Shown: positions 18,312-29,148, numbered from the stretch's first letter. The stretch is DNA of 64,000 bases from Candidatus Latescibacterota bacterium (GCA_963422735.1 OY730476.1:2304001-2368000), one strand, 5' to 3'. Program-made: numbers and translations. The notes: generated by a model not told the origin, from the sequence alone.

Positions 18312-20513
18312 TTGCGGGCGATATTGTCGCGATTAAAGTCCGCGTCCGTCTGTATTTTACCCGAAAAAACGAGGCAGTCCAACGTGGGCATAACACAAGC
18401 GAAGAGTTTAAAGTGGCTCGTAGTCGGAGCGGCCTTGTTGATGCTACCAGGACATCTCGCCGCGCAAGAACGCACTACCATCAGTAATTTTCCCGCTACT
18501 TCCTATTATCTGGGCTACACTGAATTCGCCGCCAATACAGATGGCGAGATTCGCATTGCCGCCGGCGGTAAGTACGCCCTGTACCTCAATGGCGATCTGG
18601 TGGGCACTGACGACGATCCGACGACCGTGGAGATGTGGGATGCTTCTTTTAAGCGGCGGGCCAATACCATTGCGGTGGCGGTGGAGTACAGCGGTACGCG
18701 GCCCGAATACGGTTTTTTCTTGGCGATCGATGCAGAGGACGCGCAGTTCGTCAGTTCGCCCACGGATCGCATAACGCCGTGGTTCTGGACGGGTTTCCCG
18801 CTGCCCAACGAAGAAGGAGCCGATTGGACCGAGATCAAGCAGAACAAACTGGCCCAACACGAGGAGGACGGTCTGGAGGTGAGGTGGTTGCCCTCCCAAG
18901 CCGGCAGCCTCGACCCGAGCGATTTCGCCGAATTTGCCGACCTCGACCTGACGCGGGCCCAGAGTCTAGCCGGTTTTCCCGGCGATATGGATCCCAGCAG
19001 GGGCGGTTTGCAGCTACGCTCGCTAGAGGGCGAGAATCTCGCCTTCAACACCTTCTCGGACGAACCCAAGCTCGTTGATGGAAACGTCAACACCCCGGTG
19101 ACGTTCCGCAAAGGGGTCAGCGCCCTGCTGCAGAACGTCGAGATCGATATGGGCCGCCTCTTCCCGGTCAACCGGGTGCGAGTGCTCACCCAGCCGCCGT
19201 CGCGGCTGACCTGGGAGGAACACTCTTTGCGCGGGTACAGCATCTTGGTGAGCAAGGATGGGGTCAGCTTCCTCGATGTGGCGGCGCGCAACCAGATCGC
19301 CGAATTCCAAGAGACCGAGGTCTTATTTCCCACCACGCCGGTGCGCTTTGTACGCCTAGTGGTGACCGAGTTTGCCAACCGCAACTCAAACCCCCGGGTA
19401 GGCGAGATCGAAGTCTTCGGCGAAGGCGTGGTTGAGCAGGGGACGTACCTGTCGCCGCCGCTAGATTTTGGCCTAGAGGACAAAAAGGACTTCGGGCGAG
19501 TGCGCTGGTACGGGGATATCCCGCCCAGAGCCGAGATGGATCTGCGCTTCCGCAGTGGCAGCAACGGGGAGACTTGGAGCGATTGGTCGCCCTGGAGCCG
19601 GGAGCGGGAGATTCTGCCCAATGTTCCCGAACCGCGGCGCTTCTTCCAGTACCAGGTGCGCATGTCGACCGGCGAACTGGCCAGCGGTCCGCGCCTCGAC
19701 AGCCTAGAGGTGTCTTTCAATACGGGCAATTTGGCTGCAGCCGAGGCCCTGGCCGCAGTGGTACCGCTGGAAGTGCCCATTGGCGTAGATACGACCTTCA
19801 CTTATTCGCTCGTGCTCCGCTTTGGCGATGACGACGCGGGAGTGTCGCGTCTGGCCATCCTGACGCCGTGGCCGGCGCGCTTGGACATGGACGGCATAGA
19901 GGGGGTAGACAGAGCCGCCCTTGACGCGGCCAATACTTACGCGACTAACGATTCCCTGATCATAGCCTTTGACCCGCCCATCGGCACCGACGCCGATCTA
20001 CTCATTCCCTTCACCACCCGCATGCTGGCTGCTACCCACAATTTCCAGGGACTGGTTTTCGCCCCTGAGTCCACTTCGCCCTTTTTGGTGCAGCCGCTCG
20101 AGGGCGTTGATCCCGACACTGAACGCGAATATTCGCTGACCGCGGTGACTACTGACTTCAAATTGCCCATTCTCGCCGATGTCGAGGCCCATCCTAGGGT
20201 ATTCACCCCCAACGGCGATGGAATCAATGACGAGGTGGTGCTGGGCTTCACCCTGGCACGCGTCAAGGGGGGCCGAGTCGACATCGAATTGTATGATTTG
20301 GGCGGTAGGTTGGTGCGCACCTTACCCGGCCAGTCGTTGGACGCCGGTCTGTACGCCCCGATCAGGAGTGGGGGGAGGCCGTTGCCGGGCTGCTGGGATG
20401 GACACTCGGACAGCGGGGAATTGTTGCCGCCAGGGCTGTATCTCTATCGCGTCATCGTCGATCTGGACCCCGACGATGAAATTGTCACCGGAGTGGTGGG
20501 ATTGGCCTATTAG
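18312..20513 (+). CDS. Secreted F5/8-discoidin plus Ig protein with C-terminal FlgD-like domain (true start probably downstream)
   Basis: Hydrophobic signal WLVVGAALL..LAA; IDMGRLFPVNRVRV, SKDGVSF, RFVRLVV, GEIEVFG; WSDWSPW; RVFTPNGDGINDE...VVGLAY. Confidence 0.8.
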   Translation: MRAILSRLKSASVCILPEKTRQSNVGITQAKSLKWLVVGAALLMLPGHLAAQERTTISNFPATSYYLGYTEFAANTDGEIRIAAGGKYALYLNGDLVGTDDDPTTVEMWDASFKRRANTIAVAVEYSGTRPEYGFFLAIDAEDAQFVSSPTDRITPWFWTGFPLPNEEGADWTEIKQNKLAQHEEDGLEVRWLPSQAGSLDPSDFAEFADLDLTRAQSLAGFPGDMDPSRGGLQLRSLEGENLAFNTFSDEPKLVDGNVNTPVTFRKGVSALLQNVEIDMGRLFPVNRVRVLTQPPSRLTWEEHSLRGYSILVSKDGVSFLDVAARNQIAEFQETEVLFPTTPVRFVRLVVTEFANRNSNPRVGEIEVFGEGVVEQGTYLSPPLDFGLEDKKDFGRVRWYGDIPPRAEMDLRFRSGSNGETWSDWSPWSREREILPNVPEPRRFFQYQVRMSTGELASGPRLDSLEVSFNTGNLAAAEALAAVVPLEVPIGVDTTFTYSLVLRFGDDDAGVSRLAILTPWPARLDMDGIEGVDRAALDAANTYATNDSLIIAFDPPIGTDADLLIPFTTRMLAATHNFQGLVFAPESTSPFLVQPLEGVDPDTEREYSLTAVTTDFKLPILADVEAHPRVFTPNGDGINDEVVLGFTLARVKGGRVDIELYDLGGRLVRTLPGQSLDAGLYAPIRSGGRPLPGCWDGHSDSGELLPPGLYLYRVIVDLDPDDEIVTGVVGLAY

Positions 20514-20569
20514 CGGATGTGTTTGGTACAACAGCTATTGGTGCCGCAACTGAGAGATTTGTCGAGCCT

Positions 20570-23224
20570 ATGCGCGCTTTCTCTGTCTTTCTGCTCTGTC
20601 TGATTCTGACCGCCGAGGAGGCTCGCGGTCAGTTCCTGTCGCGGGATTTTCGCTCGCTATGGGCCAACGAGGTATTTGAGAACTACGGCGGGGCCGGGTA
20701 CCGGAACTACGACTTCGAGGAGGAGAACCGCCGCTTTGACCTCTTTGGCGATTTGCTCATCGACGGCGTCGATATCCTCGAATTCAGCGAAGTGCGCCGC
20801 GACGCGCTTGGAGTCAGGGGCAGCTTTGAATCGCGCAGCGGTCGGTACGACGGCTTTTTCAACAAGCTCGTCATGGCCGAAGAGGGCTTTGGCCGCTGGT
20901 CGACGCGCCTGATCATCGGCGACCACGTGCGGACATATTTCACGCCCATGACCCTGAACCTGCCCCGCTTCAACGGCATCCGCTGGGACGGCTCGTCGCG
21001 CAAGAGCAGCTTTAGCGTGGTCGCCGCCCACCTGACCAACCCCCTCGAATTTCGCACTGGTGCCTTGGGCCCCGACGACGCCGTACAGAATTTCCGCGCT
21101 TTCGGCACTTCGCTTTTTGGCGGACATTGGCAGAGCCGCATAGGCGATTTTCTGCGCTTGGGCACGACCTTTGTCAATACGCACCGCTTTGATTCGGAAG
21201 CTTCGGACAAGATCAACGGCTTGAAAGGCGCGGTCCCCGGGCTGGTCCAGGGCGGCTTGAAAACCGTATTTGTCTTCTTTGCCGACGACGCGCCCAACGA
21301 TTCTTTCGAAGGGGCAGAGATCCACCAAGTGGTCATGCGAGCCGACGGCGTCCTAGTCGAGCCGCTGCGGGTGGGGCGTATCGACAAGCTCATCGACAAG
21401 CTCACCATAACGCCGGACCTGACCAGCACGATCCAGATCAAGCCCAACGAAATCGACTATCTGCGGCGCAACCAGTCCTGGCTGCAACCCGTGGTTGAGG
21501 CCAGCAATCGGCCCTTTTTCTCCGCCGTGTTGGAAGACATAGCCCGAGAGGTGCTCCCGCCCACCCGAGGTGCGCCGCTGCGGGCCAGTGGTGCCGATGT
21601 GGTCTTTTACCAATTCGCTGTGCCGGATACGGTCTCTGACATCGAATTTGAGGCCCTCCTAGCCGACGACTACAGCGTTGATGTGGTCGGTGCCGTGCAG
21701 GTGCCCTTCTTGGCCTCGGGCGAGGAAGACTTCTACTACGATTGGCACCACGCTCTGCGGGCGGAGGGTCATCCGAGCAATAGGTCGAATCTGAGCCAGG
21801 TGCGCTTCGGCTACGGTTTTCCTACGGGTTTGAGCATTATGGGTCTGGATTTCGATGTCCAGATCCTTGGCTTTGAGATCAAGGGCGAATTTGCCCGCAG
21901 CACGAACTACCTCAAAATGCCCACAGACCGGGGCAAGCGCCGGGAGCGCGACTCTTCGGTCTTTTACTTCAATGTGCTCAAGTCCCTGCACGACCGGGTC
22001 GACGCCGGCGGCGAGTGGTTCGACATTCCGGAAGACTACAATACGGAATTCCCCATATTCCAGAGTTCGGGCGTGGGGCCGACTGTGGGCGGCAGGCTGT
22101 ACCAGCCTTTTGCCCTGGTCGAGGACAACGACGATCTCGACGATTGGCCCGACGAGTTGGAGCACAACGATCCCTTTGATCCCTACTTCGATTCCCAAGG
22201 CGTGGGCCACGGCGTTTTTCCGGGCTTGGATCTCGACGGCGACGGCATTCTCGATTTTGCGGCCACGGGTTCGGACTCGTCTTTCCTGCAGTACCACGTG
22301 GAGTCACCCGACCTGTCCTTTGGCGACGACTTCAACAACAACGGCATGCCCGACCTCAGGGAGAACGACAATCTCGCGGACTATATGTACCCGCTCGACC
22401 ACCGCGGTTTCCACGCTTTTCTCAGGTATAATCCCACCTCACACGCCCAATTGCGCTTGGGCGCGTACCGGATGGAACAGCCCACCCTGGGGTTGGACAG
22501 CGACGCCGAATACATAGAGGGCCAGTACCAGCGCGACTGGCAGGATCTGGGTTATGTGTGCGCCAACCACCGGATCAAGTGGGTGAAAGACGGCATCCCC
22601 AATACGGTTTTCAACTTTGGCAGCCAGAGTTCGCTGCAGCAGGATCTGCTCGAGAACCGCGATGCAATCGACAATCTGACCTATGTCGAGTGGGGCCTAT
22701 GGACCGTGCCCGGGATGAACATCCGCACTATCGCCACCTTCAAGCATACCGATCTGAGCGACAGAGCTGCGGCCGATCCCCTGCTGGCAGCGCCGGGGAC
22801 CATTACACACTTTGCCATGGCCAACAAGATAGACTACACCTGGAACTGGAAGCGCTTTGAAATTGTGCCGCGCTTTAAGCACACGTACCGGCGCAGCAAA
22901 TTTCCCGATCGCCAGATCCCCGACAGACAGACGCGCCGGCTGATCCCGATTTTGCAAGTCGCCTACAGCATAACGCCCAATACCGTCCTCAAGACGGGCG
23001 TCCAGGGCGTCCCCTTGCTGCCCGAGCGCTCTATTGATCCGGCCAACCCCGAACGCGATTTCCGCAAAAACACCTATACTGGTTTTCTGCAGAACAGGAG
23101 CAATTACAGCGGCTATGACCTCACCATTCTCATGGGATTTTTTCGGACTTTTACCGAATTCTCCGGCTCGTTGCGTCCGTCGACGGGCTATATAGAGTAC
23201 TTTTTAAAGGTGTATATTGGTTGA
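20570..23224 (+). CDS. Large exported putative beta-barrel protein (paralog P2)
   Basis: Signal peptide; VRTYFTPMT, VEDNDDLDDWPD, FPGLDLDGDG, NRSNYSGY; ends YFLKVYIG. Confidence 0.7.
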   Translation: MRAFSVFLLCLILTAEEARGQFLSRDFRSLWANEVFENYGGAGYRNYDFEEENRRFDLFGDLLIDGVDILEFSEVRRDALGVRGSFESRSGRYDGFFNKLVMAEEGFGRWSTRLIIGDHVRTYFTPMTLNLPRFNGIRWDGSSRKSSFSVVAAHLTNPLEFRTGALGPDDAVQNFRAFGTSLFGGHWQSRIGDFLRLGTTFVNTHRFDSEASDKINGLKGAVPGLVQGGLKTVFVFFADDAPNDSFEGAEIHQVVMRADGVLVEPLRVGRIDKLIDKLTITPDLTSTIQIKPNEIDYLRRNQSWLQPVVEASNRPFFSAVLEDIAREVLPPTRGAPLRASGADVVFYQFAVPDTVSDIEFEALLADDYSVDVVGAVQVPFLASGEEDFYYDWHHALRAEGHPSNRSNLSQVRFGYGFPTGLSIMGLDFDVQILGFEIKGEFARSTNYLKMPTDRGKRRERDSSVFYFNVLKSLHDRVDAGGEWFDIPEDYNTEFPIFQSSGVGPTVGGRLYQPFALVEDNDDLDDWPDELEHNDPFDPYFDSQGVGHGVFPGLDLDGDGILDFAATGSDSSFLQYHVESPDLSFGDDFNNNGMPDLRENDNLADYMYPLDHRGFHAFLRYNPTSHAQLRLGAYRMEQPTLGLDSDAEYIEGQYQRDWQDLGYVCANHRIKWVKDGIPNTVFNFGSQSSLQQDLLENRDAIDNLTYVEWGLWTVPGMNIRTIATFKHTDLSDRAAADPLLAAPGTITHFAMANKIDYTWNWKRFEIVPRFKHTYRRSKFPDRQIPDRQTRRLIPILQVAYSITPNTVLKTGVQGVPLLPERSIDPANPERDFRKNTYTGFLQNRSNYSGYDLTILMGFFRTFTEFSGSLRPSTGYIEYFLKVYIG

Positions 23225-23225
23225 T

Positions 23226-26018
23226 ATGCGCGGCGCGAACCGGCATCTAGCCTTCCTAGCCTTGGCCCTGGCGTACGGCGCGGCAGTGGATGCCCAGTTG
23301 ATCATCCGCAACACCGAGCCGTACCGCAACTATGCGTACGAGGGATACCGGCCGTATGAGAGTCTGGTATTCGGCCGCGATCGCACACCTCAGTTCGACA
23401 ATATGGGGCAGTTCGTGATGAACGGGGTCAATGTCTTTGAACTGCAGGAATTCCGCACCTTGCAGACCACGCCCGGAAGCATCATCGGCAAGGAGCGGCA
23501 GTACGGTGACTTTCTCAATCGCCTGGTCATTGCCAACGACTCGTACAAAGGCGTGGACACCCGCCTGATTGTCGGCGATCGCATCCGCACCAAATTCACT
23601 CCGCTGACCCTCGACTTGGCGGCTATGAACGGGCTCCGGGTGGACAGCAACCTCAAGGACGCCTCGCTGGTGCTGGCTGTATCGCGCGTCGATCGACCCA
23701 TTTTCGAGGCCATCAGAAATGCCGACTTCGTGGTCCACGGCCGCGAGGGTTCGCAGTTCAGGCCGTCGTGGAGTACCTATTTGCTGGGCGCCGACCTGCG
23801 CACCAAGCGGCCGGGCCTAGACCTGGGCGTGAGCTGGGTCAACCAGTACCGCACCGACAGTTTTAAGACTCTTGGCGAGAACAGCTTCAAAGGGACCCTG
23901 CCCACCACCGGGGCTCCCCCCCTATGGCTGGTGTTGCGCGTGGCCGACCAAGACCCCAACGACGCCATCGGCGTACGGGTCCGCAGGACGGCCGTCGCGC
24001 TCAACGGCCGCCGCTTGATGCACGTGCCCGGGCCCTACAACAAACTCGACACGGGCGCGTTGCGGCTCACGGTCACCGAACACCCGGACCGCACCATCAT
24101 TCCGCCGATTTTCCGCGATTCAAGCAACGACCTAGCCATCAACTTTCCACACGTCGAGCCGACCCCGCAGGGAGTTTATGAAACTCGGGGCGAGGGGTCG
24201 CTGCTGTTCTGGTTCGAGGTACCTTCCTCCTTTGTCGACGGGCTCGATACCCTCATCGTCAACAAAGCCGATATAGAGATCGATGTGGCCGGGGATTATC
24301 TGCTCGAATTGTCGGAGATATTCGATGGGGCCTCTTTCAACCCAGCAACATATTTCTACACCGCCGGGCAGGCGCGGGGCAAGCCCGACAACCTCGACAA
24401 TTTTCGCCGAGTGCGAGTGCGCTACGGCCGGGAGACCGGGCGCACCCTAGCTAGCGTACATGCCAATATAGACATCAAGGGGTACTCGCTGCGGACTGAG
24501 TACGTGCGCAATTTCTCGTACCGCGCCTATCCGGCCCTGCTGGGCACCTTGGGCCGGTACCAGCTCGATCAGAGCCAGGCTTGGTTCGCCGTACTGCGGC
24601 GCGATCTCGGGCGCTTCAGTTTGGGCGGCGAAGCCTTTAACATAGACGCAGAGTACACCACCCGCCTGTCCGTGCAGGATGATTCGTACCAGACCTATTT
24701 CCAGTTGATCAACAGCCCCTTCCAGTTCCCAACCAATTTCCAAGAGCCCAGACTGCCGGATTTCCTCGGCCCCAACCGGGCCGACGCCACCCGCACCCTC
24801 GAATTTGATACAGTGGACGACAACGACGACAAAGACCCCTTCCCCGACACCTTTTTCCTGCGTAAAACCACCAGTCTGGAGGGCGGACATTTCATCGAGG
24901 ATCCCGACGGCATCTTCCCTGGACTCGACGCCGATTTGAATGGCCGGCCCGATATCAACGAGAACAACAACCGCATCCCAGACTACTACGAAGCCTTCCT
25001 GCTCTACGAGGTCAATCCCGACGCGTACGACTACGGCGAAGATACCAATAACAACGGCGTCATCGACGATCGCGAAGACGATTTGAAGCCCGATTACCCG
25101 TACGACCAGGACCGACGAGGGCTGCACGGCTTTGGCAGCTACCGGCCGCGTTCGGGCATGAAAGTGACCTTGGGCTACCACCGGACTTGGGCGCCCTTTG
25201 ACGGCGACCAAGCCGAAGTGTACTACGGCCGCTACGAGTACGAACGCCGCCTGCCCTTCCTAGTTGAGATCTACGCCGTCGAGCGGCTCAAGAGGGTGCG
25301 GGACGGGATTGCGGACGAAGTCTTTGGCCTGGGGCGCGATCCCATATACTTCACCCCGGATATAATCCCCTTGCGCCTGCCCACCGAGGAGGAATTGCGC
25401 CATCCGCTGGGCACATCGCGGCTGCTGGTCGATCCACTGCTGATGCGCGATAGTTGGGTCAATACCTTCTATATACGCACCCTCTTCATCCGCGTACCCA
25501 ATCTCAATGTCGAGGTGAGCCTGAAGTCGGAAAATAACTTCCAGCACCGTACGCCCCTCCAGCCGGACAACCGCATCGCCGATCTGGCCACGGTCTTCAA
25601 GGCCGATTATCTGTGGATGCCGTGGAAGCAGTTGCGGGTGATGCTGCAGTTCAAGTGGTTGCGCCAGCGCCTCGGCGACGAGGGCCAGGTACTGCCGATT
25701 GAAGAGGACTTCGTCTATCCCATCTTGCGGATGGAGTACCCGATTTCGAACCGCACCGCCGTGAAGGTGGGTGCCCAGGGGTTGCCTTTCCTCAAGAGCC
25801 TGTACCGCAACAACGCGGCCCCGGGAGTGGATTTCGACGGGGAGGACTACGTGGCCTTGGTGACCAACAAATCCTCGTACACGGGCTACCAGATCAATGT
25901 CGAAGTGGGTTATCAGAAGAGCACACGCAAGTTCAAGGACCGGTCGCGCCACGACCAGGATATCGACTTTTCGCGCGTTTTCCTGCGCATGATCGCCGGC
26001 CTGAGCCCCCTGTTTTGA
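23226..26018 (+). CDS. Large exported putative beta-barrel protein (paralog P3)
   Basis: Signal peptide; IRTKFTPLT, VDDNDDKDPFPD, FPGLDADLNG, NKSSYTGY; starts 1 bp after the P2 stop. Confidence 0.7.
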   Translation: MRGANRHLAFLALALAYGAAVDAQLIIRNTEPYRNYAYEGYRPYESLVFGRDRTPQFDNMGQFVMNGVNVFELQEFRTLQTTPGSIIGKERQYGDFLNRLVIANDSYKGVDTRLIVGDRIRTKFTPLTLDLAAMNGLRVDSNLKDASLVLAVSRVDRPIFEAIRNADFVVHGREGSQFRPSWSTYLLGADLRTKRPGLDLGVSWVNQYRTDSFKTLGENSFKGTLPTTGAPPLWLVLRVADQDPNDAIGVRVRRTAVALNGRRLMHVPGPYNKLDTGALRLTVTEHPDRTIIPPIFRDSSNDLAINFPHVEPTPQGVYETRGEGSLLFWFEVPSSFVDGLDTLIVNKADIEIDVAGDYLLELSEIFDGASFNPATYFYTAGQARGKPDNLDNFRRVRVRYGRETGRTLASVHANIDIKGYSLRTEYVRNFSYRAYPALLGTLGRYQLDQSQAWFAVLRRDLGRFSLGGEAFNIDAEYTTRLSVQDDSYQTYFQLINSPFQFPTNFQEPRLPDFLGPNRADATRTLEFDTVDDNDDKDPFPDTFFLRKTTSLEGGHFIEDPDGIFPGLDADLNGRPDINENNNRIPDYYEAFLLYEVNPDAYDYGEDTNNNGVIDDREDDLKPDYPYDQDRRGLHGFGSYRPRSGMKVTLGYHRTWAPFDGDQAEVYYGRYEYERRLPFLVEIYAVERLKRVRDGIADEVFGLGRDPIYFTPDIIPLRLPTEEELRHPLGTSRLLVDPLLMRDSWVNTFYIRTLFIRVPNLNVEVSLKSENNFQHRTPLQPDNRIADLATVFKADYLWMPWKQLRVMLQFKWLRQRLGDEGQVLPIEEDFVYPILRMEYPISNRTAVKVGAQGLPFLKSLYRNNAAPGVDFDGEDYVALVTNKSSYTGYQINVEVGYQKSTRKFKDRSRHDQDIDFSRVFLRMIAGLSPLF

Positions 26019-26019
26019 T

Positions 26020-29000
26020 ATGAAACGGCAAGTGATCATCGACATTGACCAATTGGCCAAGCTCGCCTGTGCGTGGCTGGGGGCGACCCTGCTGCTGGCC
26101 GGGGGTTTGGGGGCCCAGTCGGCAGCAGACACGCCGGAGCAGCCCACCTTGGGGCCGCAGCGGCTCATGCCCAACCAGAGCTTTGTGGGGCGCTACAGCG
26201 AGACGCTCTACCAGAATTACGGCTTTGCCGAATACCCCCGGCTACCGCCCTTTACCAATACGCTGCGGCCCTTTTACAGCGATTTAGGGGATTTCCTCAT
26301 CTACGGCTCGAATTCGGTCAACTGGCGGGAGCGCCGGGGATTGGGTGCCCAGCGCGGATTCTCCTCCATAGGCGAACGGGGGAGCCACGGTCAGGCCGGG
26401 GTCTCCTTTGAACGGCTGTTCAACAATGTCATCGTGGGTACGGACGGCACCGACGCTTGGCAGGCCAAGGTCATCTGGGCCAATGAGATCCGCACTAAGT
26501 TTACGCCCCTGACCTTCAAGATGGCCAATCTCGACGGTTTGCGATTCGACATGGGCACCGAGCGGGACAGTTTTTCGGCCCTGATTTCGAGAAACCGCCA
26601 CACGGGCGGCGGCGGGGTCATCCCCGGTGCTCTCATCGGCGGGGCGCACTACGAGCGCCAAGTGGGTTTTCTCCACTTTGGCGGCACTTTTGTCAACGCC
26701 CACCAATTCGAGCCGCTGATGTCGAGCAAAGACCTGTCCTTCAAAGGGGTTGCTGGGGCGGCCCAGAACGCCCCAGCTCTGCTGGCCATCCGCATTGCCG
26801 ACGACGCTCCCGGCCTAGGGGCGACTGGGGCGGTGCTGCACCGAGTGGACGTATATGTCAACGGCGAGTTGCTGCCGGCACTCGAGCCCTTTATCGTCCG
26901 CTTGGATACGCGTGGGGACGAGCGCCAGCCCTACAGCCAAGATCTGCTCCGTTCAGGCGAGCGCAAGCCCCTTCCCCGCACCGGCAACGACTACCAGTCG
27001 ATCAACCGGGGCGCCATCGCTAGCACGTACGACCCGTACATTAATTACGCGGCCTTTGACGCGGATGTCTATTACCGGGGCTACGAGTTCCCCTTCTGGA
27101 TCGGCCATCTCTACTACCGCGACTTCAAGTTGTTCGGCCCGGATTACGTGATCAACGCCGACCGCAAGGGCGAAGACCCCATCACCGTGCACGAGGAGTT
27201 CGCCCACGAAGTGGCCGAGCGCAGCGCGGAAAACCCCGACGGACAGTTTCTCGGTCTGTACACCCGGGCCGATCTGCCGCAAGCCTTTGACGGCCGGGAG
27301 TACGGTATTCTCTACGTCGATCTGGAGCCCTTTGGCGAGTGGATCGAGTCGGTTGACGTCGACCTGTTCATCTCGGGCGATTACCACGTCGAACTGTCGG
27401 AGATCGATATCGGGGGTATACAGCCCAACGAGCCCGAGTCGAATTACCGCGACAAGTACCGCTATGCCTCCTTCTTCCGCACGGTGGCGCGGGCCGACGG
27501 TACGCCATCGCCGCAGGAGCCGGTCGAGCGGGTGCGGGTCAAGGCCGGTACGCCCACAGGGGTGCGCCTGTACAGCGCCAATGTATACGGCGTGCTCAAA
27601 GGTTTTGAGATCAACGCCGAATTCGCCCGCAGCAACAGCTATTCCCAATACGTGAGCGGTCCTCCCGGGGTGCGGGTGCCCGGGGACGCGCTCAGCATCA
27701 ACGCCCTCGACCGCGAGGCGCGTCCCGGCAAGCGCGGCACTATCAGCGACAACGCCTTCTACGTCACGGTGAAGCGCGACTTTCCTCTGTGGGGCTTCGG
27801 CGGCGAATACTTTTCCATGGGGCCGCACTACAATACTGAGCTGCGCTCTTTTATCGGCCGCGACGAAGGTTGTTGTACGGGGAGTCTGATCACCCAAAAC
27901 GACGCCCTCATCCACCGGTTGGTCGAGGACAACGACGACAACGATCGCTTCCCCGATAGCTGGTACACCAACCACGCCAGTCCGGGCATGTTCTTCTTGG
28001 GCCAGTCCGACATTGACGGCATTTTCCCGGGCCTAGACGAGGACAACGACGGCTATCCAGACCAGAACAAGAACATCAACGGCACGCCGGACGATATCGA
28101 GCCCTTCCTCATGTACGATGTCGACGCCCAGGTCTACGACTACGACCTCGACATGAACCACAACGACTTCCTCGACGCGCGAGAGAACGACACCGACCCG
28201 GATTATCCGTACGATCCCGACTTGCGCGGGCTGCACGTGTACGGCCAGTTCAACCCAGTGCCCGGTCTGACTTGGTCAGTGGGCTTGATGAATGCCGAAC
28301 AGAATGCCGGCGGGGGGCCCAGCGACGTACTCTACACCCGCTTGACCTACTGGCGTACAGTACCGGCGGTGGGCCAGTTTTTTGCCGTTGCCTCGCTGGA
28401 GGAAGTGGAGGATGGCGTGGAGGATCCGCTGAGCGTGTACAGCGACCGGGTGCTGACCACGGCCGAACTATTCGAACTCGATTTCCCGGGCTTCCAGCGC
28501 AATATCCAGCTCGCCCCCTTTGTCGAAGAGGAGCGCGATGACCCACTGCTCTTCAAGGACAGCAGATACTTGCGCTTTTTCACTGACGCCCGTTGGAATG
28601 CGATCCCCCGGCTCAATATGCACAATAAAGTCAAGTACGAGATTAATGCCCAGCGCGAGGGCGAACTCTTCGATGGCACCTTCCAGGAGAGCGAGCGTCT
28701 GAGCCGCTGGGCCATGATGCACAAGGTTGACTACACTTGGCCGCTGGCCGATCAGTTGACCCTTTTCGCCGGTTTCAAATTCCGCTACCTCAAGGAGTGG
28801 CGACGCAGCCTGGAGTTGCCCACCTTGCACGAGCGCAATCTGATCCCGCTGACCAAGCTGGAGTACCGCCTGACCAGCCGAACCCGATTCCAGCTAGGCG
28901 TCCAGGGACTGGGGTCGCTTCTCCCCTATAGCGTGAACGATCTGGCCGACGCACGCCGGGACTTCGATCAGAGCGATATTGTGTTTATGCTGACCAACGA

Positions 29001-29148
29001 TTCAAAGTACTTCGGCTATCTGATCTCGACCAATATGGGTCTCCGCCGCCGCGTCAAGGAGTTCGACGATCTGGATGTGGCTGGCGAGGCCAATGTGGAA
29101 TTTATCGCCGCCTATATAAATGTGATTCTGGGATTTGAACACGAGTGA
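26020..29148 (+). CDS. Large exported putative beta-barrel protein (paralog P4)
   Basis: Signal peptide; IRTKFTPLT, VEDNDDNDRFPD, FPGLDEDNDG, NDSKYFGY; starts 1 bp after the P3 stop. Confidence 0.7.
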   Translation: MKRQVIIDIDQLAKLACAWLGATLLLAGGLGAQSAADTPEQPTLGPQRLMPNQSFVGRYSETLYQNYGFAEYPRLPPFTNTLRPFYSDLGDFLIYGSNSVNWRERRGLGAQRGFSSIGERGSHGQAGVSFERLFNNVIVGTDGTDAWQAKVIWANEIRTKFTPLTFKMANLDGLRFDMGTERDSFSALISRNRHTGGGGVIPGALIGGAHYERQVGFLHFGGTFVNAHQFEPLMSSKDLSFKGVAGAAQNAPALLAIRIADDAPGLGATGAVLHRVDVYVNGELLPALEPFIVRLDTRGDERQPYSQDLLRSGERKPLPRTGNDYQSINRGAIASTYDPYINYAAFDADVYYRGYEFPFWIGHLYYRDFKLFGPDYVINADRKGEDPITVHEEFAHEVAERSAENPDGQFLGLYTRADLPQAFDGREYGILYVDLEPFGEWIESVDVDLFISGDYHVELSEIDIGGIQPNEPESNYRDKYRYASFFRTVARADGTPSPQEPVERVRVKAGTPTGVRLYSANVYGVLKGFEINAEFARSNSYSQYVSGPPGVRVPGDALSINALDREARPGKRGTISDNAFYVTVKRDFPLWGFGGEYFSMGPHYNTELRSFIGRDEGCCTGSLITQNDALIHRLVEDNDDNDRFPDSWYTNHASPGMFFLGQSDIDGIFPGLDEDNDGYPDQNKNINGTPDDIEPFLMYDVDAQVYDYDLDMNHNDFLDARENDTDPDYPYDPDLRGLHVYGQFNPVPGLTWSVGLMNAEQNAGGGPSDVLYTRLTYWRTVPAVGQFFAVASLEEVEDGVEDPLSVYSDRVLTTAELFELDFPGFQRNIQLAPFVEEERDDPLLFKDSRYLRFFTDARWNAIPRLNMHNKVKYEINAQREGELFDGTFQESERLSRWAMMHKVDYTWPLADQLTLFAGFKFRYLKEWRRSLELPTLHERNLIPLTKLEYRLTSRTRFQLGVQGLGSLLPYSVNDLADARRDFDQSDIVFMLTNDSKYFGYLISTNMGLRRRVKEFDDLDVAGEANVEFIAAYINVILGFEHE

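Noticed and set aside
8634-29148. TonB-dependent receptors or canonical SprA as the identity of P1-P4
   Set aside because: No recognisable plug or TonB-box motifs, and each is far shorter than SprA. Cannot be fully excluded without structure searches.
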